64,000 bases of DNA. Source: Luteimonas sp. Lineage in GTDB: Bacteria > Pseudomonadota > Gammaproteobacteria > Xanthomonadales > Xanthomonadaceae. Position 1 is the first letter of the stretch, and each line of letters opens with the position of its first letter. Below, in pieces: positions 10,617 to 20,332 of the stretch. The DNA is taken from contig JBQDAV010000004.1 in assembly GCA_052090405.1 (NCBI GenBank), positions 11,345-75,344 of the forward strand. Reading direction: 5' to 3'. The notes beneath the pieces were generated by a model. It was not told the origin of the DNA. It was given only the letters and a program-made list of their open reading frames with translations, and did not search any database. Both the position numbers and the translations under genes were made by a program.

Positions 10617-11193
10617 CTTCTTGCTGTCCTTGAGTCGACTTCCTGCGCTCGCTGCGGGGCCGCACGACATCACGCCCCATCGCCTCCATCAGCAGCCGCA
10701 GGGCTTTTCCAATGTGCTTTTCCACGGTGTTCTCGCTCACGCCCATCCGCCTTGCGATCTCACGCTGTGGCAATCCTTCCACCCGCCTGAGGACGAAGGC
10801 CTCGCGGCACTTGCCCGGCAGCGACGCAATCAGGTCGCCGGTCCTGCGCAGGTCCTGGCCGGCCACCGCGCTCCTTTCGGGCGTGATGTCATCAGTCAGG
10901 ATGCTCAGGCGCTCGACTTCCGCCACTGCCACGATCGGCACGATCCGCGCCCGCCTCAGCTGCTGCAGCATCACCGACCGCGCCACGGTGAACAGGTACC
11001 CGCGCGGATTGAGGATGTGGGCCACCTCATCCAGTCCGACAAGCACCGCGTACGCTTCCTGGACGATGTCGTCCACCTCCATCGAGGCCGGCGCGTGACC
11101 CTGCAGCCAGGAGCGCAACGCCGGCTCGTGCGGGACCACTTCGTCGGCCAACCAGCGCGCGCGGAGCCCGGAAACCGGCCGCTCACCGCTCAT
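10585..11193 (-). CDS. ECF sigma-70 factor (FecI-like)
   Basis: DDIVQEAY, region 4 LPGKCREAFVLRRVEGLPQREIA…TVEKHI; overlaps the fecR-like gene. Confidence 0.92.
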   Translation of the reverse strand: MSGERPVSGLRARWLADEVVPHEPALRSWLQGHAPASMEVDDIVQEAYAVLVGLDEVAHILNPRGYLFTVARSVMLQQLRRARIVPIVAVAEVERLSILTDDITPERSAVAGQDLRRTGDLIASLPGKCREAFVLRRVEGLPQREIARRMGVSENTVEKHIGKALRLLMEAMGRDVVRPRSERRKSTQGQQEDGIDTTSQRD

Positions 11194-12455
11194 GGGCCGC
11201 CTTCCGCGCCGCCATCGGGCAGGATTTCCATCAGGCTGGCGGCGGCGAACCCGGCCAGTTCCGACAGGGTCGCAACGTCCGTTTCGTCGCCCACCTCGTA
11301 GGTCACGCTGGGCGCACCGTATTCGCGGAACACCCAGTTCTTGAACACGTTGCTGGTCGCGGCGCTCGGGCGCTCCTGGATGCGGCCGGGAAAGCGCGCG
11401 TCGAGCGCGTCCATCCAGCGCCGCAGCACGCCGCCGGGCCGGCGGGCGGGATCCTCGGTCACGGTGTAGAAGATGTCGTACCAGGTGGAATGGAAGTCGA
11501 GCGCGAATGCCAGCGTGCGGTCGTGCCCGGCCACGTGCCGTTGCAGCGCCTGGGCAGCCGCCCGCGTCTCCGGTTCGTCGAAAATGCCCCAGTCGCGGTT
11601 GAGGTCGGTGCCATGGGCATTGGTCCGCCAGTGGCCTTCCACCACGCCGTCCGGATTGAGCTGCGGCGCCACCAGGATCCGGTAGCGGTCCCGGAACGCC
11701 TGCGCCTGCGGGGTGTCGGCGGCCAGCGCGTCGACGAACGCCATCTGCGCGCGCATGCCCGTCACTTCCGGTGGATGCTGGCGCCCGATGACCAGCACCG
11801 CCTGGCGCGCATCCGGATTGCCGAACGCCAGCAGCCGCAGCGGCCGGCCCTGCACCGAATGCCCGATCGTCTCGACCTGCGCCGCCAGCCGCTCAGCCAG
11901 CGCATCGAGCCAGCGCTCCACTTCCGCCGTCCGGATCGGCACCTGCGCGGAGACTTCCACCACGTCCCCGGCTTCGACCTGCAGCGAAAGCGTCGCAACG
12001 TCGTCCGCATCGACCGAAAACTCCGCCTCCGTCGCAGCCCGCCAGCTTCCACGGCTGCCGCCCCAGCGCAGCCACGGCCGGTAGCGGTGCTTGAACTGCC
12101 CGTAATCGAACACCATCCCGGCGCGACCGGCGCGCGAGGCCACGATCCGGAACGCATACCAGGGGCTCGGGTTGATCGGGGTGGTTTCCGGCACCACCAC
12201 CACGCGGTACTGGCCCGGCCCCCGCCGAACAACACCGGCCAGGCGAGCGCCCTCGCCGACGTTGTCGAATGCAATGCCGTCTTCGTCGAAGCGCCACTCG
12301 CCCCGCGCCTGCTGCGGCACCAGCTCCTGCGCCTGCACCTGCGCGACGCGAACATCGGCATGCGCGGCCGGCACCAGTGCAAGCACCAGCGCAAACAGCA
12401 AGCCGGCCAGGCACCGGGCGGAGCCCGCGCGGCGTCGGATCAACCAGTCAGCCAT
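11190..12455 (-). CDS. Secreted M14 zinc carboxypeptidase (cytosolic-carboxypeptidase-like subfamily)
   Basis: Signal peptide ending AHA; PSPWYAF, GHSVQGRPL, GRQHPPE (HxxE), NPDGV, DLNRDW, LDFHS, TYEVG. Confidence 0.85.
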   Translation of the reverse strand: MADWLIRRRAGSARCLAGLLFALVLALVPAAHADVRVAQVQAQELVPQQARGEWRFDEDGIAFDNVGEGARLAGVVRRGPGQYRVVVVPETTPINPSPWYAFRIVASRAGRAGMVFDYGQFKHRYRPWLRWGGSRGSWRAATEAEFSVDADDVATLSLQVEAGDVVEVSAQVPIRTAEVERWLDALAERLAAQVETIGHSVQGRPLRLLAFGNPDARQAVLVIGRQHPPEVTGMRAQMAFVDALAADTPQAQAFRDRYRILVAPQLNPDGVVEGHWRTNAHGTDLNRDWGIFDEPETRAAAQALQRHVAGHDRTLAFALDFHSTWYDIFYTVTEDPARRPGGVLRRWMDALDARFPGRIQERPSAATSNVFKNWVFREYGAPSVTYEVGDETDVATLSELAGFAAASLMEILPDGGAEGGP

Positions 12456-12604
12456 TCTTGTCCCATTCCTGTCTCCCTGATCATTACCGATGCACGAGCG
12501 CGCGGTTTCCGCCATTGCATGCCCGGGGGCAGCGCTCCGGACCACCGGCGGCCGTAGTATTCTCGCTGCATTCCGAACCGCACAGACCTCGAGGAAGTCC
12601 CGGC

Positions 12605-13078
12605 ATGAAGCAGCTTTCCATCTTCGTCCTGGTTGCCGCCGCGCTGCTTGCCGCCTGTTCCACCGGCCCGGTGCGCCGGGTGTCGGAGCCGGCGGCCAGC
12701 ATCCAGCAGCTCACCGTCGACGCCCAGGGCAACTGGTCGGTCGACCTGCGGATCCAGAACTACAGCAGCGTCGCGATGCGCTTCGAGCGGCTGTCGCTGG
12801 AGCTGGAGGTCGGCGGTACCGCGGCCGGCACGCTGCAGGCCTCGCCGCAGCTGCATGTCTCGCAGGAGTCGGCGGACGTGGCGACCGTCACGCTCACCCC
12901 GTCCGCGCAGGCAAAGCTGCTGCTCGCCGACGCGCTGGCCGCCGGGCGCGGCACCTCCTACCTGCTCGAGGGCAGCCTCAGCGCGGTGCCCACCGACCGT
13001 GGCAGCGTGCGCGACTACACCATCAAGCGCGAAGGAGTGCTCAGCCCCGTGCCCGGCCTGCCCGGCGTGCTGCGCTGA
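12605..13078 (+). CDS. LEA type 2 / WHy-domain lipoprotein
   Basis: Lipobox LLAAC, LRIQNYS motif, beta-rich body; GAGG upstream of ATG 12605. Confidence 0.7.
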   Translation: MKQLSIFVLVAAALLAACSTGPVRRVSEPAASIQQLTVDAQGNWSVDLRIQNYSSVAMRFERLSLELEVGGTAAGTLQASPQLHVSQESADVATVTLTPSAQAKLLLADALAAGRGTSYLLEGSLSAVPTDRGSVRDYTIKREGVLSPVPGLPGVLR

Positions 13079-13130
13079 CCGGCGCGCCCCGCCCGCGACC
13101 GAAAACCCCACCTTTCAAGAACGGAATCCC

Positions 13131-14921
13131 ATGGCCAGCTACCAAGCCCCCCTGACCGACATCCGCTTTGCCCTCCACGACGTGCTCGACGCCGAGGCGC
13201 TGTTCCAGCGACTGGGCATGGGCGAGGCGAACCGCGAACTCATCGACGCGGTGCTCGAGGAAGGCGCGCGCTTCACTGAAACCGTGCTGGCCCCGCTCAA
13301 CCGGGTCGGCGACGAGGCCGGCTGCAGCTACGACAAGGCCACCGGCGCCGTTACCACCCCACCCGGCTTCCGCGAGGCCTACCTGCAATACGTCGACGCC
13401 GGCTGGCCCTCGCTCAACGCACCGCCGGAGTTCGGCGGCCAGGGCCTGCCGCAGGCCCTGGGCATATCGCTCAAGGAGATGATCGACGCGGCCAACCTGG
13501 CCTGGGGCAACTTCCCGCTGCTCTCGCATGGCGCGGTCGAGGCGCTGCTGCACCACGGCGACGAGTGGCAGCAGGACGTGTTCCTCAAGCCGCTTGTGGA
13601 AGGCCGCTGGACCGGCACCATGTGCCTGACCGAACCGCACTGCGGCACCGACCTGGGGCTGCTCAAGACCCGCGCCACGCCCAACGACGACGGCACGTAT
13701 GCCCTCAACGGCACCAAGATTTTCATCACCGCCGGCGATCACGACTTCACCGACAACATCGTCCACCTGGTGCTGGCGCGGCTGCCGGACGCACCCGAGG
13801 GCAGCCGCGGCATCTCGATGTTCGTGGTGCCCAAGCTGCGCGTGGACCGGGACGGCAATACCGGCGAGCCCAACGGCGTGCGCTGCGGCGCGATCGAACA
13901 CAAGATGGGCATCCACGGCTCGGCCACCTGCGTACTCAACCTGGACGACGCCCGGGGCTGGCTGATCGGCGAGGCCAATCGCGGCCTGGCGGCCATGTTC
14001 ACCATGATGAACTCCGCCCGCGTGGCGGTGGGCCTGCAGGGCCTGGGGCTGTCCGACCGCGCCTACCAGAACGCCCTGCGCTACGCCCGCGAGCGGCTGC
14101 AGATGCGCGCGCTGTCCGGGCCGAAGGCGCCGGACAAGGCGGCCGACCCGATCATCGTCCATCCCGACGTGCGCCGCATGCTGCTTACCTGCAAGGCGCT
14201 GGTGGAGGGCGGGCGCCTGCTCGGCACCCACGCCGGCACCCTGGTCGACATCGTCGGCCGCTCCGACGACAAAGCCGAGCGCGAGCAGGCCGACGCGCTG
14301 CTCGGCTTCCTGACCCCCATCGTCAAGGCCTGCCTGACCGAATGGGGCATCGAGTGCACCTACAACGCCCTGCAGTGCTTCGGCGGGCACGGCTACATCG
14401 CCGAGCACGGCATGGAGCAGCTCGCCCGCGACGCCCGCATCACCACCCTCTACGAAGGCACCACCGGCATCCAGGCGCTGGACCTGATGGGCCGCAAGAC
14501 CATGCAACTCAAGGGCGCCGGCCTGCGCGTGTTCCTGGGCATGATCGGCGCGTTCTGCACCGAACACGCCGCCGATGAAGCGCTGGCGGAGTTCATCGGC
14601 CCGCTGCGGGACAAGGCCGCCGAATGGGAGCAGCTCACCGCGGCCATCGCCGAGCGTGCCGGCGCCGACCCGGAGGAGATCGGCGCCGCGTCCTGGGATT
14701 ACCTGTTCTATTCCGGCTACGTCACCCTGGCCTACTGGTGGGCACGCAGCGTCGTCGCCGCGCGCACGGGTTCGCAGCCACAGGCGTTCACGCAGGCGAA
14801 AATCGAGACCGCGCGTTTCTATTTCGCCCGCATCCTGCCGCGCACCCTGTCCCACAAGGCGGCGATCGAAAGCGGCGCCGCGCCGCTGATGTCCCTGGAC
14901 GCGGAGGGTTTCGACGCCTGA
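13131..14921 (+). CDS. Acyl-CoA dehydrogenase (long, C-terminal-domain type)
   Basis: GTMCLTEPHCGTDLG, GTKIFIT, IEHKMGIHGSATC, QCFGGHGYI, LYEGTTGIQA. Confidence 0.93.
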   Translation: MASYQAPLTDIRFALHDVLDAEALFQRLGMGEANRELIDAVLEEGARFTETVLAPLNRVGDEAGCSYDKATGAVTTPPGFREAYLQYVDAGWPSLNAPPEFGGQGLPQALGISLKEMIDAANLAWGNFPLLSHGAVEALLHHGDEWQQDVFLKPLVEGRWTGTMCLTEPHCGTDLGLLKTRATPNDDGTYALNGTKIFITAGDHDFTDNIVHLVLARLPDAPEGSRGISMFVVPKLRVDRDGNTGEPNGVRCGAIEHKMGIHGSATCVLNLDDARGWLIGEANRGLAAMFTMMNSARVAVGLQGLGLSDRAYQNALRYARERLQMRALSGPKAPDKAADPIIVHPDVRRMLLTCKALVEGGRLLGTHAGTLVDIVGRSDDKAEREQADALLGFLTPIVKACLTEWGIECTYNALQCFGGHGYIAEHGMEQLARDARITTLYEGTTGIQALDLMGRKTMQLKGAGLRVFLGMIGAFCTEHAADEALAEFIGPLRDKAAEWEQLTAAIAERAGADPEEIGAASWDYLFYSGYVTLAYWWARSVVAARTGSQPQAFTQAKIETARFYFARILPRTLSHKAAIESGAAPLMSLDAEGFDA

Positions 14922-14969
14922 CCGGGGGATACACACGGCGTCACAAATCGGGTATATGCTGTCTCCCCG

Positions 14970-15653
14970 ATGAAGGACGACAGAGCGAAGCTTCGCCTGA
15001 TCGCCACCGGAGATCGCCCGCCGGCTCCGGATGCTTCGGGCAGACCGCACCTCCCGCACCCTCACGCCGCCGCTCGCATGCCGCGCCTGGACAGCGTGCG
15101 CCTGCTCTCACTGGACGCGCACGGCCGCGTGCTTGACTGGATCAGCTGGCAGGACGCGGCCTGCCTGTACGCCCGCGACGCCGTCACCTGGACCCTCGGC
15201 GACCCGTGCCTGAGCGTGCATGGCGGCATCAACCGCGTCACCGGCGAGCGCAGCGTGCTGGACCTGCACCCGATCATCGCGGCCCGCGGCCACGCCCGGG
15301 CCACTGCGCTCAACCCCACGCCCGCGCTGACCAACGCCGCCTTGTTCGCCCGCGACCAGCACCTGTGCCTGTATTGCGGCAGGGACTTCGCCCGCCAGAA
15401 GCTCACCCGCGACCACGTCAAGCCGCTCTCCCAGGGCGGGCTCGACCTGTGGGAAAACGTGGTCAGCGCCTGCTTCCACTGCAACTCGCGCAAGGGCGGG
15501 CGCACCCCGGCGCAGGCCTCGATGCCGCTGCTGGCGGTGCCCTACCGGCCGAGCTGGATCGAACACCTGATCCTGTCCAACCGCAACATCCTCGCCGACC
15601 AGATGGCGTTCCTGAAGAGCCAATTGCCCAAGCGCAAACCCCGGTTCAACTGA
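14970..15653 (+). CDS. HNH endonuclease (McrA-like, zinc-binding)
   Basis: RDQHLCLYCG, LTRDHVKP, WENVVSACFHCNSRKG. Confidence 0.88.
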   Translation: MKDDRAKLRLIATGDRPPAPDASGRPHLPHPHAAARMPRLDSVRLLSLDAHGRVLDWISWQDAACLYARDAVTWTLGDPCLSVHGGINRVTGERSVLDLHPIIAARGHARATALNPTPALTNAALFARDQHLCLYCGRDFARQKLTRDHVKPLSQGGLDLWENVVSACFHCNSRKGGRTPAQASMPLLAVPYRPSWIEHLILSNRNILADQMAFLKSQLPKRKPRFN

Positions 15654-15770
15654 AACCACGAGGGCGAGGATGCCCGGCAGCCTTCCTGACCCACGGGCCC
15701 GCCCGCGAACAATCGCACCGTGTGCCGAACCCGCTAGACTCGTGCTTTCCGTCACAGCGGTCGCTGCAGC

Positions 15771-16952
15771 ATGGCATTGACTCTCGGCTTCACCAGCATG
15801 GACAAGGCAACGGAAACCGCGCTTCGCGCCGCGTTCGCCAAGGCCAACGAAACCCTCCAGGACAGCTTCACCCTGGGGGACGACAGCTCCGCCGACTTCG
15901 TCGTCATCGACATGGACAGCATGTACGGGCCGATGGGCTGGCTGCGCCTGCATGCCGCCGGCAAGCAGGTCGTCGGCCTCACCTCCGCCGCCCGCACCCA
16001 GGCGGACTTCCGCCTCGGCCGCCCGTTCGATACCGATGCCATGGTCGACCTGCTGCGGCAGATCGCCACCAGCGCCGGCGTGGAGCTGGGCACGACTTCG
16101 CCGACCGTCGAGCCAGCGGCGAAGTCCCCGCCGGCGCCCGCTCCAGAACCCGCCACGGCACCCGAACCGGAGCCGGCGCACACGCCCGCCGCGCCGACGG
16201 AAGCCGTGCCCGGTCCGGCAGCGGAAACACCGGCACCCGCGGATGCCGCAGCGCCCACGGCTGACGCAGATACCGCCGATGCAGCCGATACCCTCGAGGA
16301 ACCGCCTGCGCCGCCACAGCCGGAGCCCGAGCCCGACCCGGAACCAGAAGCGGAACCTGAGCCCAAGGCCGAGCCGCCGCCCCGCGACCCCGTCTTCGCC
16401 GACTGGATGAAGCCCGGCGCGCTCACCGGTCGCCTGCGCTATCGCCGTGGCGACGGGCCGGAGCTGTGGATCGACGCCAGCGCCCGCCAGTACCACGGCC
16501 CGCAACTGCTCAAGCCGCTTGCCCCCTGCATCGAAGGCACCGTGGAGCGCGGGGATTTCGAACCCGTGGACGGCGACGCCTGGTCCGCCGGCATCGCCGC
16601 CGCGGGCGAAGCGCAGCCCATCCAGCGCCTGCAGTGGCTGGGCGGCCTGCTCGCGGGCGGCGGCGAACTGCTGCCGGGCAACGATCCCGAAGGCCGCTAC
16701 CAGCTCACCAAGTGGCCGCAGACCGAGCGTGAATACCCACGCCACTTCCGCATCGCCACCGCCATGATGAAGGGGCCCGCCACGCTGGCCGAAGTCGCCG
16801 AGGCCAGCGGCAGCCCGCTGGCGGAAGTGGCCGATTTCACCAACGCCAACCTCGCCACCGGCTTCGCCGAGTTCGTGCCCGAACCCGAACCAGAACCGGA
16901 GGCGCCCGCGAAGCCCGCCGGCTTTTTCAGCCGCTTTCGCGGCAGATCCTGA
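15771..16952 (+). CDS. Hypothetical protein: degenerate receiver-like N-terminus, Pro/Glu/Ala linker, C-terminal globular domain
   Basis: 393-aa ORF with host-like codon usage filling the gap between the HNH gene and dxs; ADFVVIDMD strand, low-complexity linker, amphipathic tail [10 protein letters not shown]. Confidence 0.75.
   Translation: MALTLGFTSMDKATETALRAAFAKANETLQDSFTLGDDSSADFVVIDMDSMYGPMGWLRLHAAGKQVVGLTSAARTQADFRLGRPFDTDAMVDLLRQIATSAGVELGTTSPTVEPAAKSPPAPAPEPATAPEPEPAHTPAAPTEAVPGPAAETPAPADAAAPTADADTADAADTLEEPPAPPQPEPEPDPEPEAEPEPKAEPPPRDPVFADWMKPGALTGRLRYRRGDGPELWIDASARQYHGPQLLKPLAPCIEGTVERGDFEPVDGDAWSAGIAAAGEAQPIQRLQWLGGLLAGGGELLPGNDPEGRYQLTKWPQTEREYPRHFRIATAMMKGPATLAEVAEASGSPLAEVADFTNANLATGFAEFVPEPEPEPEAPAKPAGFFSRFRGRS
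16121..16383 (+). repeat. Low-complexity Pro/Glu/Ala repeat (PEPEP) encoding a linker
   Basis: Translation [16 protein letters not shown]…[21 protein letters not shown]. Confidence 0.7.
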
Positions 16953-16984
16953 ACGGGCGGGGACCTGCGCGCCGGCGACCCGCC

Positions 16985-17013
16985 TTGCCCCCCGCGACAG
17001 GGGGGGGGAAAAT
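16985..17013 (+). promoter_or_regulatory. Candidate sigma-70 promoter of dxs with G9 tract in the spacer
   Basis: TTGCCC (16985-16990), 17 nt, GAAAAT (17008-17013); G run 17000-17008; ATG follows after 6 nt. Confidence 0.5.
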
Positions 17014-17019
17014 GCGTGC

Positions 17020-18933
17020 ATGATCGACTCCACCCGCTATCCGCGCCTTTCGCGGATCGATTCGCCGGCCGACCTGCGCGGCTTCGACGAAACCGAGCTG
17101 CCGGAAATCGCCGACGAGCTGCGCGCCTACCTGATTGAATCCGTTGGCCGCAGCGGCGGCCACTTCGGCGCCGGCCTGGGCGTGATCGAGCTGACCACCG
17201 CCCTGCACTGGCTCTACGACACCCCAGACGACCGCATCGTCTGGGACGTGGGCCACCAGTGCTACCCGCACAAGATCCTCACCGACCGCCGCGATTCCAT
17301 CCACACCGTGAAGCAGAAGGACGGCGTGGCGCCCTTCCCCAAGCGCGACGAGAGCGAATTCGACACCTTCGGCGTCGGCCATTCCAGCACCTCGATCTCC
17401 GCCGCGCTGGGCATGGCGATCGCCAACGCCCGCGCCGGCAACGAGCGCAAGGTGGTGGCGGTGATCGGCGACGGCGCGATGACCGCGGGCATGGCCTACG
17501 AGGCGCTCAACCACGCCGGCGGCATGGACACCGAGCCCGACATCCTGGTGGTGCTCAACGACAACCGCATGTCGATCTCCGAGGCCGTGGGCGGCGTGAC
17601 CCGCATGCTCGGGCGCATGAGCGGCAGCCGCACCCTCAACGCGCTGCGCGAGGGCGGCAAGAAGCTGCTGGGCGACAAGAACAGCCCGCCGGCGCGCTTC
17701 GTCAAGCGCTGGGAGGGCCAGTGGAAGGGCATGTTCGTGCCGTCCACGCTGTTCGAGGAGATGGGCTTCCACTACACCGGCCCCATCGACGGCCACGACA
17801 TCAAGGCCGTGGTCGGCGCGCTGAAGACCCTCAAGGGCCTGAAGGGCCCGCAGCTGCTGCACGTGATCACCACCAAGGGCAAGGGCTACGAGCTGGCCGA
17901 AGGCGACCAGATCGGTTACCACGCGGTGTCCCCGTTCGACCCGGCCAAGGGCGTGGTGTCCAAGTCCGGGGCGAAGAAGCCCACCTACACCAGCGTCTTC
18001 GGCGACTGGCTGTGCGACATGGCCGCCGCCGACGACACGCTGATGGCGATCACCCCGGCCATGCGCGAAGGCTCGGGCCTGGTGCGCTTCAGCAAGGAAT
18101 ACCCGGAGCGCTACTTCGACGTGGCCATCGCCGAGCAGCACGCGGTCACCCTGGCCGCGGGCATGGCGACCGAAGGCGCCAAGCCGGTGGTGGCGATCTA
18201 CTCCACCTTCCTGCAGCGCGGCTACGACCAGCTCGTGCACGACGTCGCCATCCAGGACCTGGACGTGATGTTCGCCATCGACCGCGGCGGCGTGGTCGGC
18301 CCGGACGGCGCCACCCACGCCGGCAACCTGGACCTGAGCTTCCTGCGCTGCGTGCCGAACATGGTGGTGATGGCGCCGGCCGACGAAGCCGAGTGCCGGA
18401 CGATGCTCTCCACCGGCTTCAGGCACCGTGGCCCGTCGGCGGTTCGCTACCCACGCGGGAGCGGCCCCGGGGTGGCGGTCGAGGCCAGCCTGGAGACGCT
18501 GCCGATCGGCAAGGCGCAGCTGCGCCAGCGCGGCACCCGCGTGGCCCTGCTCGCCTTCGGCGCCATCGTGCCGGCCGCCGAAAAGGTCGGCGCCGAGCTG
18601 GGCCTGAGCGTGGTCAACATGCGCTTCGTCAAACCGCTGGACCGCGAGCTGCTGCTGGAACTGGCGCAATCCCACGAGGGCTTCGTCACCCTGGAGGACA
18701 ACGTGGTGATGGGCGGCGCCGGCTCGGCCGTGGCCGAACTGCTGCATGCCGAAGGCATCACCCTGCCGCTGCTGCAGCTCGGCCTGCCGGATGCGTTCCA
18801 GCGCCATGCCAGCCGCGAGGACCTGCTGGCCGAGGCCGGCCTGGACGAGGCCGGCATCCGCGCCTCCATCCTGGCCCGCTGGCCGGACCTGCTCGATACC
18901 ACGCCGCGGGCGCGGGCGGCAGCCGGGGGCTGA
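17020..18933 (+). CDS. dxs: 1-deoxy-D-xylulose-5-phosphate synthase
   Basis: [54 protein letters not shown]. Confidence 0.98.
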   Translation: MIDSTRYPRLSRIDSPADLRGFDETELPEIADELRAYLIESVGRSGGHFGAGLGVIELTTALHWLYDTPDDRIVWDVGHQCYPHKILTDRRDSIHTVKQKDGVAPFPKRDESEFDTFGVGHSSTSISAALGMAIANARAGNERKVVAVIGDGAMTAGMAYEALNHAGGMDTEPDILVVLNDNRMSISEAVGGVTRMLGRMSGSRTLNALREGGKKLLGDKNSPPARFVKRWEGQWKGMFVPSTLFEEMGFHYTGPIDGHDIKAVVGALKTLKGLKGPQLLHVITTKGKGYELAEGDQIGYHAVSPFDPAKGVVSKSGAKKPTYTSVFGDWLCDMAAADDTLMAITPAMREGSGLVRFSKEYPERYFDVAIAEQHAVTLAAGMATEGAKPVVAIYSTFLQRGYDQLVHDVAIQDLDVMFAIDRGGVVGPDGATHAGNLDLSFLRCVPNMVVMAPADEAECRTMLSTGFRHRGPSAVRYPRGSGPGVAVEASLETLPIGKAQLRQRGTRVALLAFGAIVPAAEKVGAELGLSVVNMRFVKPLDRELLLELAQSHEGFVTLEDNVVMGGAGSAVAELLHAEGITLPLLQLGLPDAFQRHASREDLLAEAGLDEAGIRASILARWPDLLDTTPRARAAAGG

Positions 18934-19021
18934 GCATCCCGCGGCCGGGTTAACGCCCGGCTCCCCGGCGCGGCGTATCATCGGGCATCGATACTGCTCG
19001 TCACGCCATCGGGGGGGATGC

Positions 19022-20149
19022 GTGCTGAAGGCAATCAGGTCCGCTGCGGCGAACGCGGCATCCAGTGCTCCGGCCGGGAAGGACGCACCGCCGGCGCGCA
19101 TGTCGCGGCGCGTCTATCGCTTCAGGATCCTCGGCATGGGGCTGGGCGCCGTGTGCATTGGCGCGGTGCTGTACGAGAACCAGGCGTCGCTTGCCACCTG
19201 GGCGTTGTGCGTCGTGATGGGCCTGGTCTGGCCGCACCTGGCGTTCGCGCTGGCCCGCTACAGCGCCAACCCGAATCGCACCGAAATCCGCAACCTGCTG
19301 GCCGACTCCATGCTGGTCGGGCTGTGGGTGCCGCTGATGCACTTCAACCTGCTGCCCAGCGTGCTGCTGCTGACCCTGGTGACGGTGGACAAGATCAGCA
19401 CCGGCATTCCGCGGTTGTGGCTGAAATCGCTGCCGGGAATGCTGGCCGGGTTCCTCGTCGGCGGCCTGCTGACCGGATTCGAAGTCCGGCTGCATACCAG
19501 CATGCCGGTACTCCTGGCCAGCCTGCCGGTACTGCTGATCCACACCATCGCGGTCGCCGTGGGCGGCAACCGCCTGATCCACCGCATCCGGCACAAGAAC
19601 CGCCAACTCGACGAGCTCAGCCGCATCGACATGCTGACCGGGCTGCACATCCGCCGCCACTGGCAGCAGATCGCGGCTCGCGTCCAGCAACGGCACCAGC
19701 AGCACGACACGCCGGCAGCCCTGGTCATGCTCGACGTCGACGACTTCAAGGGCGCCAACGACCGCTACGGCCATGCCTTCGGCGACGACGTGCTGCGCGC
19801 GGTGGCGCGTGCGATCCGGCTGCACACCGACGGCAGCGGCGAGGTCGGTCGCTACGGCGGCGACGAATTCGGCATCGTCCTGCTGGGCGCCGGCGGCAAC
19901 GAGGCACGCTTCATCGCTGAGCAGATCCGCCGGGAAGTGGAGTCCACCCGCCTGGACGCCGCGCCGGACGCGCGCATCACCATCAGCCTGGGCGTCGCCG
20001 ACGCCTGCAACGAGTGCGCCACCCTGGAGCAATGGCTGGAGCGCACCGACGCCGCCCTCTACCGCGCCAAGCGCGCCGGCCGCAACCGGGTGGCGGTGTA
20101 TTCGGATGAATCCCCGCAACACCCGCGCCCGGCGCCCAGCTCCCCGTAG
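19022..20149 (+). CDS. Membrane diguanylate cyclase (MASE2-GGDEF, AdrA/DgcC-like)
   Basis: Multi-TM N-terminus (WPHLAF…EIRNLLADS…MHFNLLPS), DMLTGL, DVDDFKGANDRYGH, GRYGGDEF, DAALYRAK. Start GTG 19022 or ATG 19100 is uncertain. Confidence 0.88.
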   Translation: MLKAIRSAAANAASSAPAGKDAPPARMSRRVYRFRILGMGLGAVCIGAVLYENQASLATWALCVVMGLVWPHLAFALARYSANPNRTEIRNLLADSMLVGLWVPLMHFNLLPSVLLLTLVTVDKISTGIPRLWLKSLPGMLAGFLVGGLLTGFEVRLHTSMPVLLASLPVLLIHTIAVAVGGNRLIHRIRHKNRQLDELSRIDMLTGLHIRRHWQQIAARVQQRHQQHDTPAALVMLDVDDFKGANDRYGHAFGDDVLRAVARAIRLHTDGSGEVGRYGGDEFGIVLLGAGGNEARFIAEQIRREVESTRLDAAPDARITISLGVADACNECATLEQWLERTDAALYRAKRAGRNRVAVYSDESPQHPRPAPSSP

Positions 20150-20170
20150 GCCGGCCGGGTGCCCGGGACG

Positions 20171-20205
20171 AAAACGCCACGGCCCGCGCGAGGCGGGCCG
20201 TGGCG
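20171..20205 (-). terminator. Rho-independent terminator after tRNA-Pro (possibly bidirectional)
   Basis: 13-bp perfect stem CGCCACGGCCCGC/GCGGGCCGTGGCG, followed by TTTT on the minus strand. Confidence 0.8.
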
Positions 20206-20210
20206 TGGAT

Positions 20211-20287
20211 TGGTCGGGGTGGCCGGATTCGAACCGACGACCACCTGTCCCCCAGACAGGTGCGCTACCAGGCTGCGCTACACCCCG
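20211..20287 (-). tRNA. tRNA-Pro(GGG)
   Basis: Reverse complement CGGGGTGTAGCGCAGCCTGGTAGCGC-ACCTGTCTGGGGGACAGG-TGGTCGTCGGTTCGAATCCGGCCACCCCGACCA; anticodon GGG, encoded CCA. Confidence 0.97.
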
Positions 20288-20332
20288 AAAACGGACACAT
20301 TATAACGGGTTCGCTCCGTCAGGCGGCAGATT

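Noticed and set aside
12456-12604. Fur box upstream of the ECF/TonB operon
   Set aside because: Only a partial TAATGAT half-site on the minus strand; no 19-bp inverted repeat.
15741-15756. CRP/Clp-like site CGTGC-N6-TCACA
   Set aside because: Two mismatches in one half-site and no supporting context; plausible by chance.
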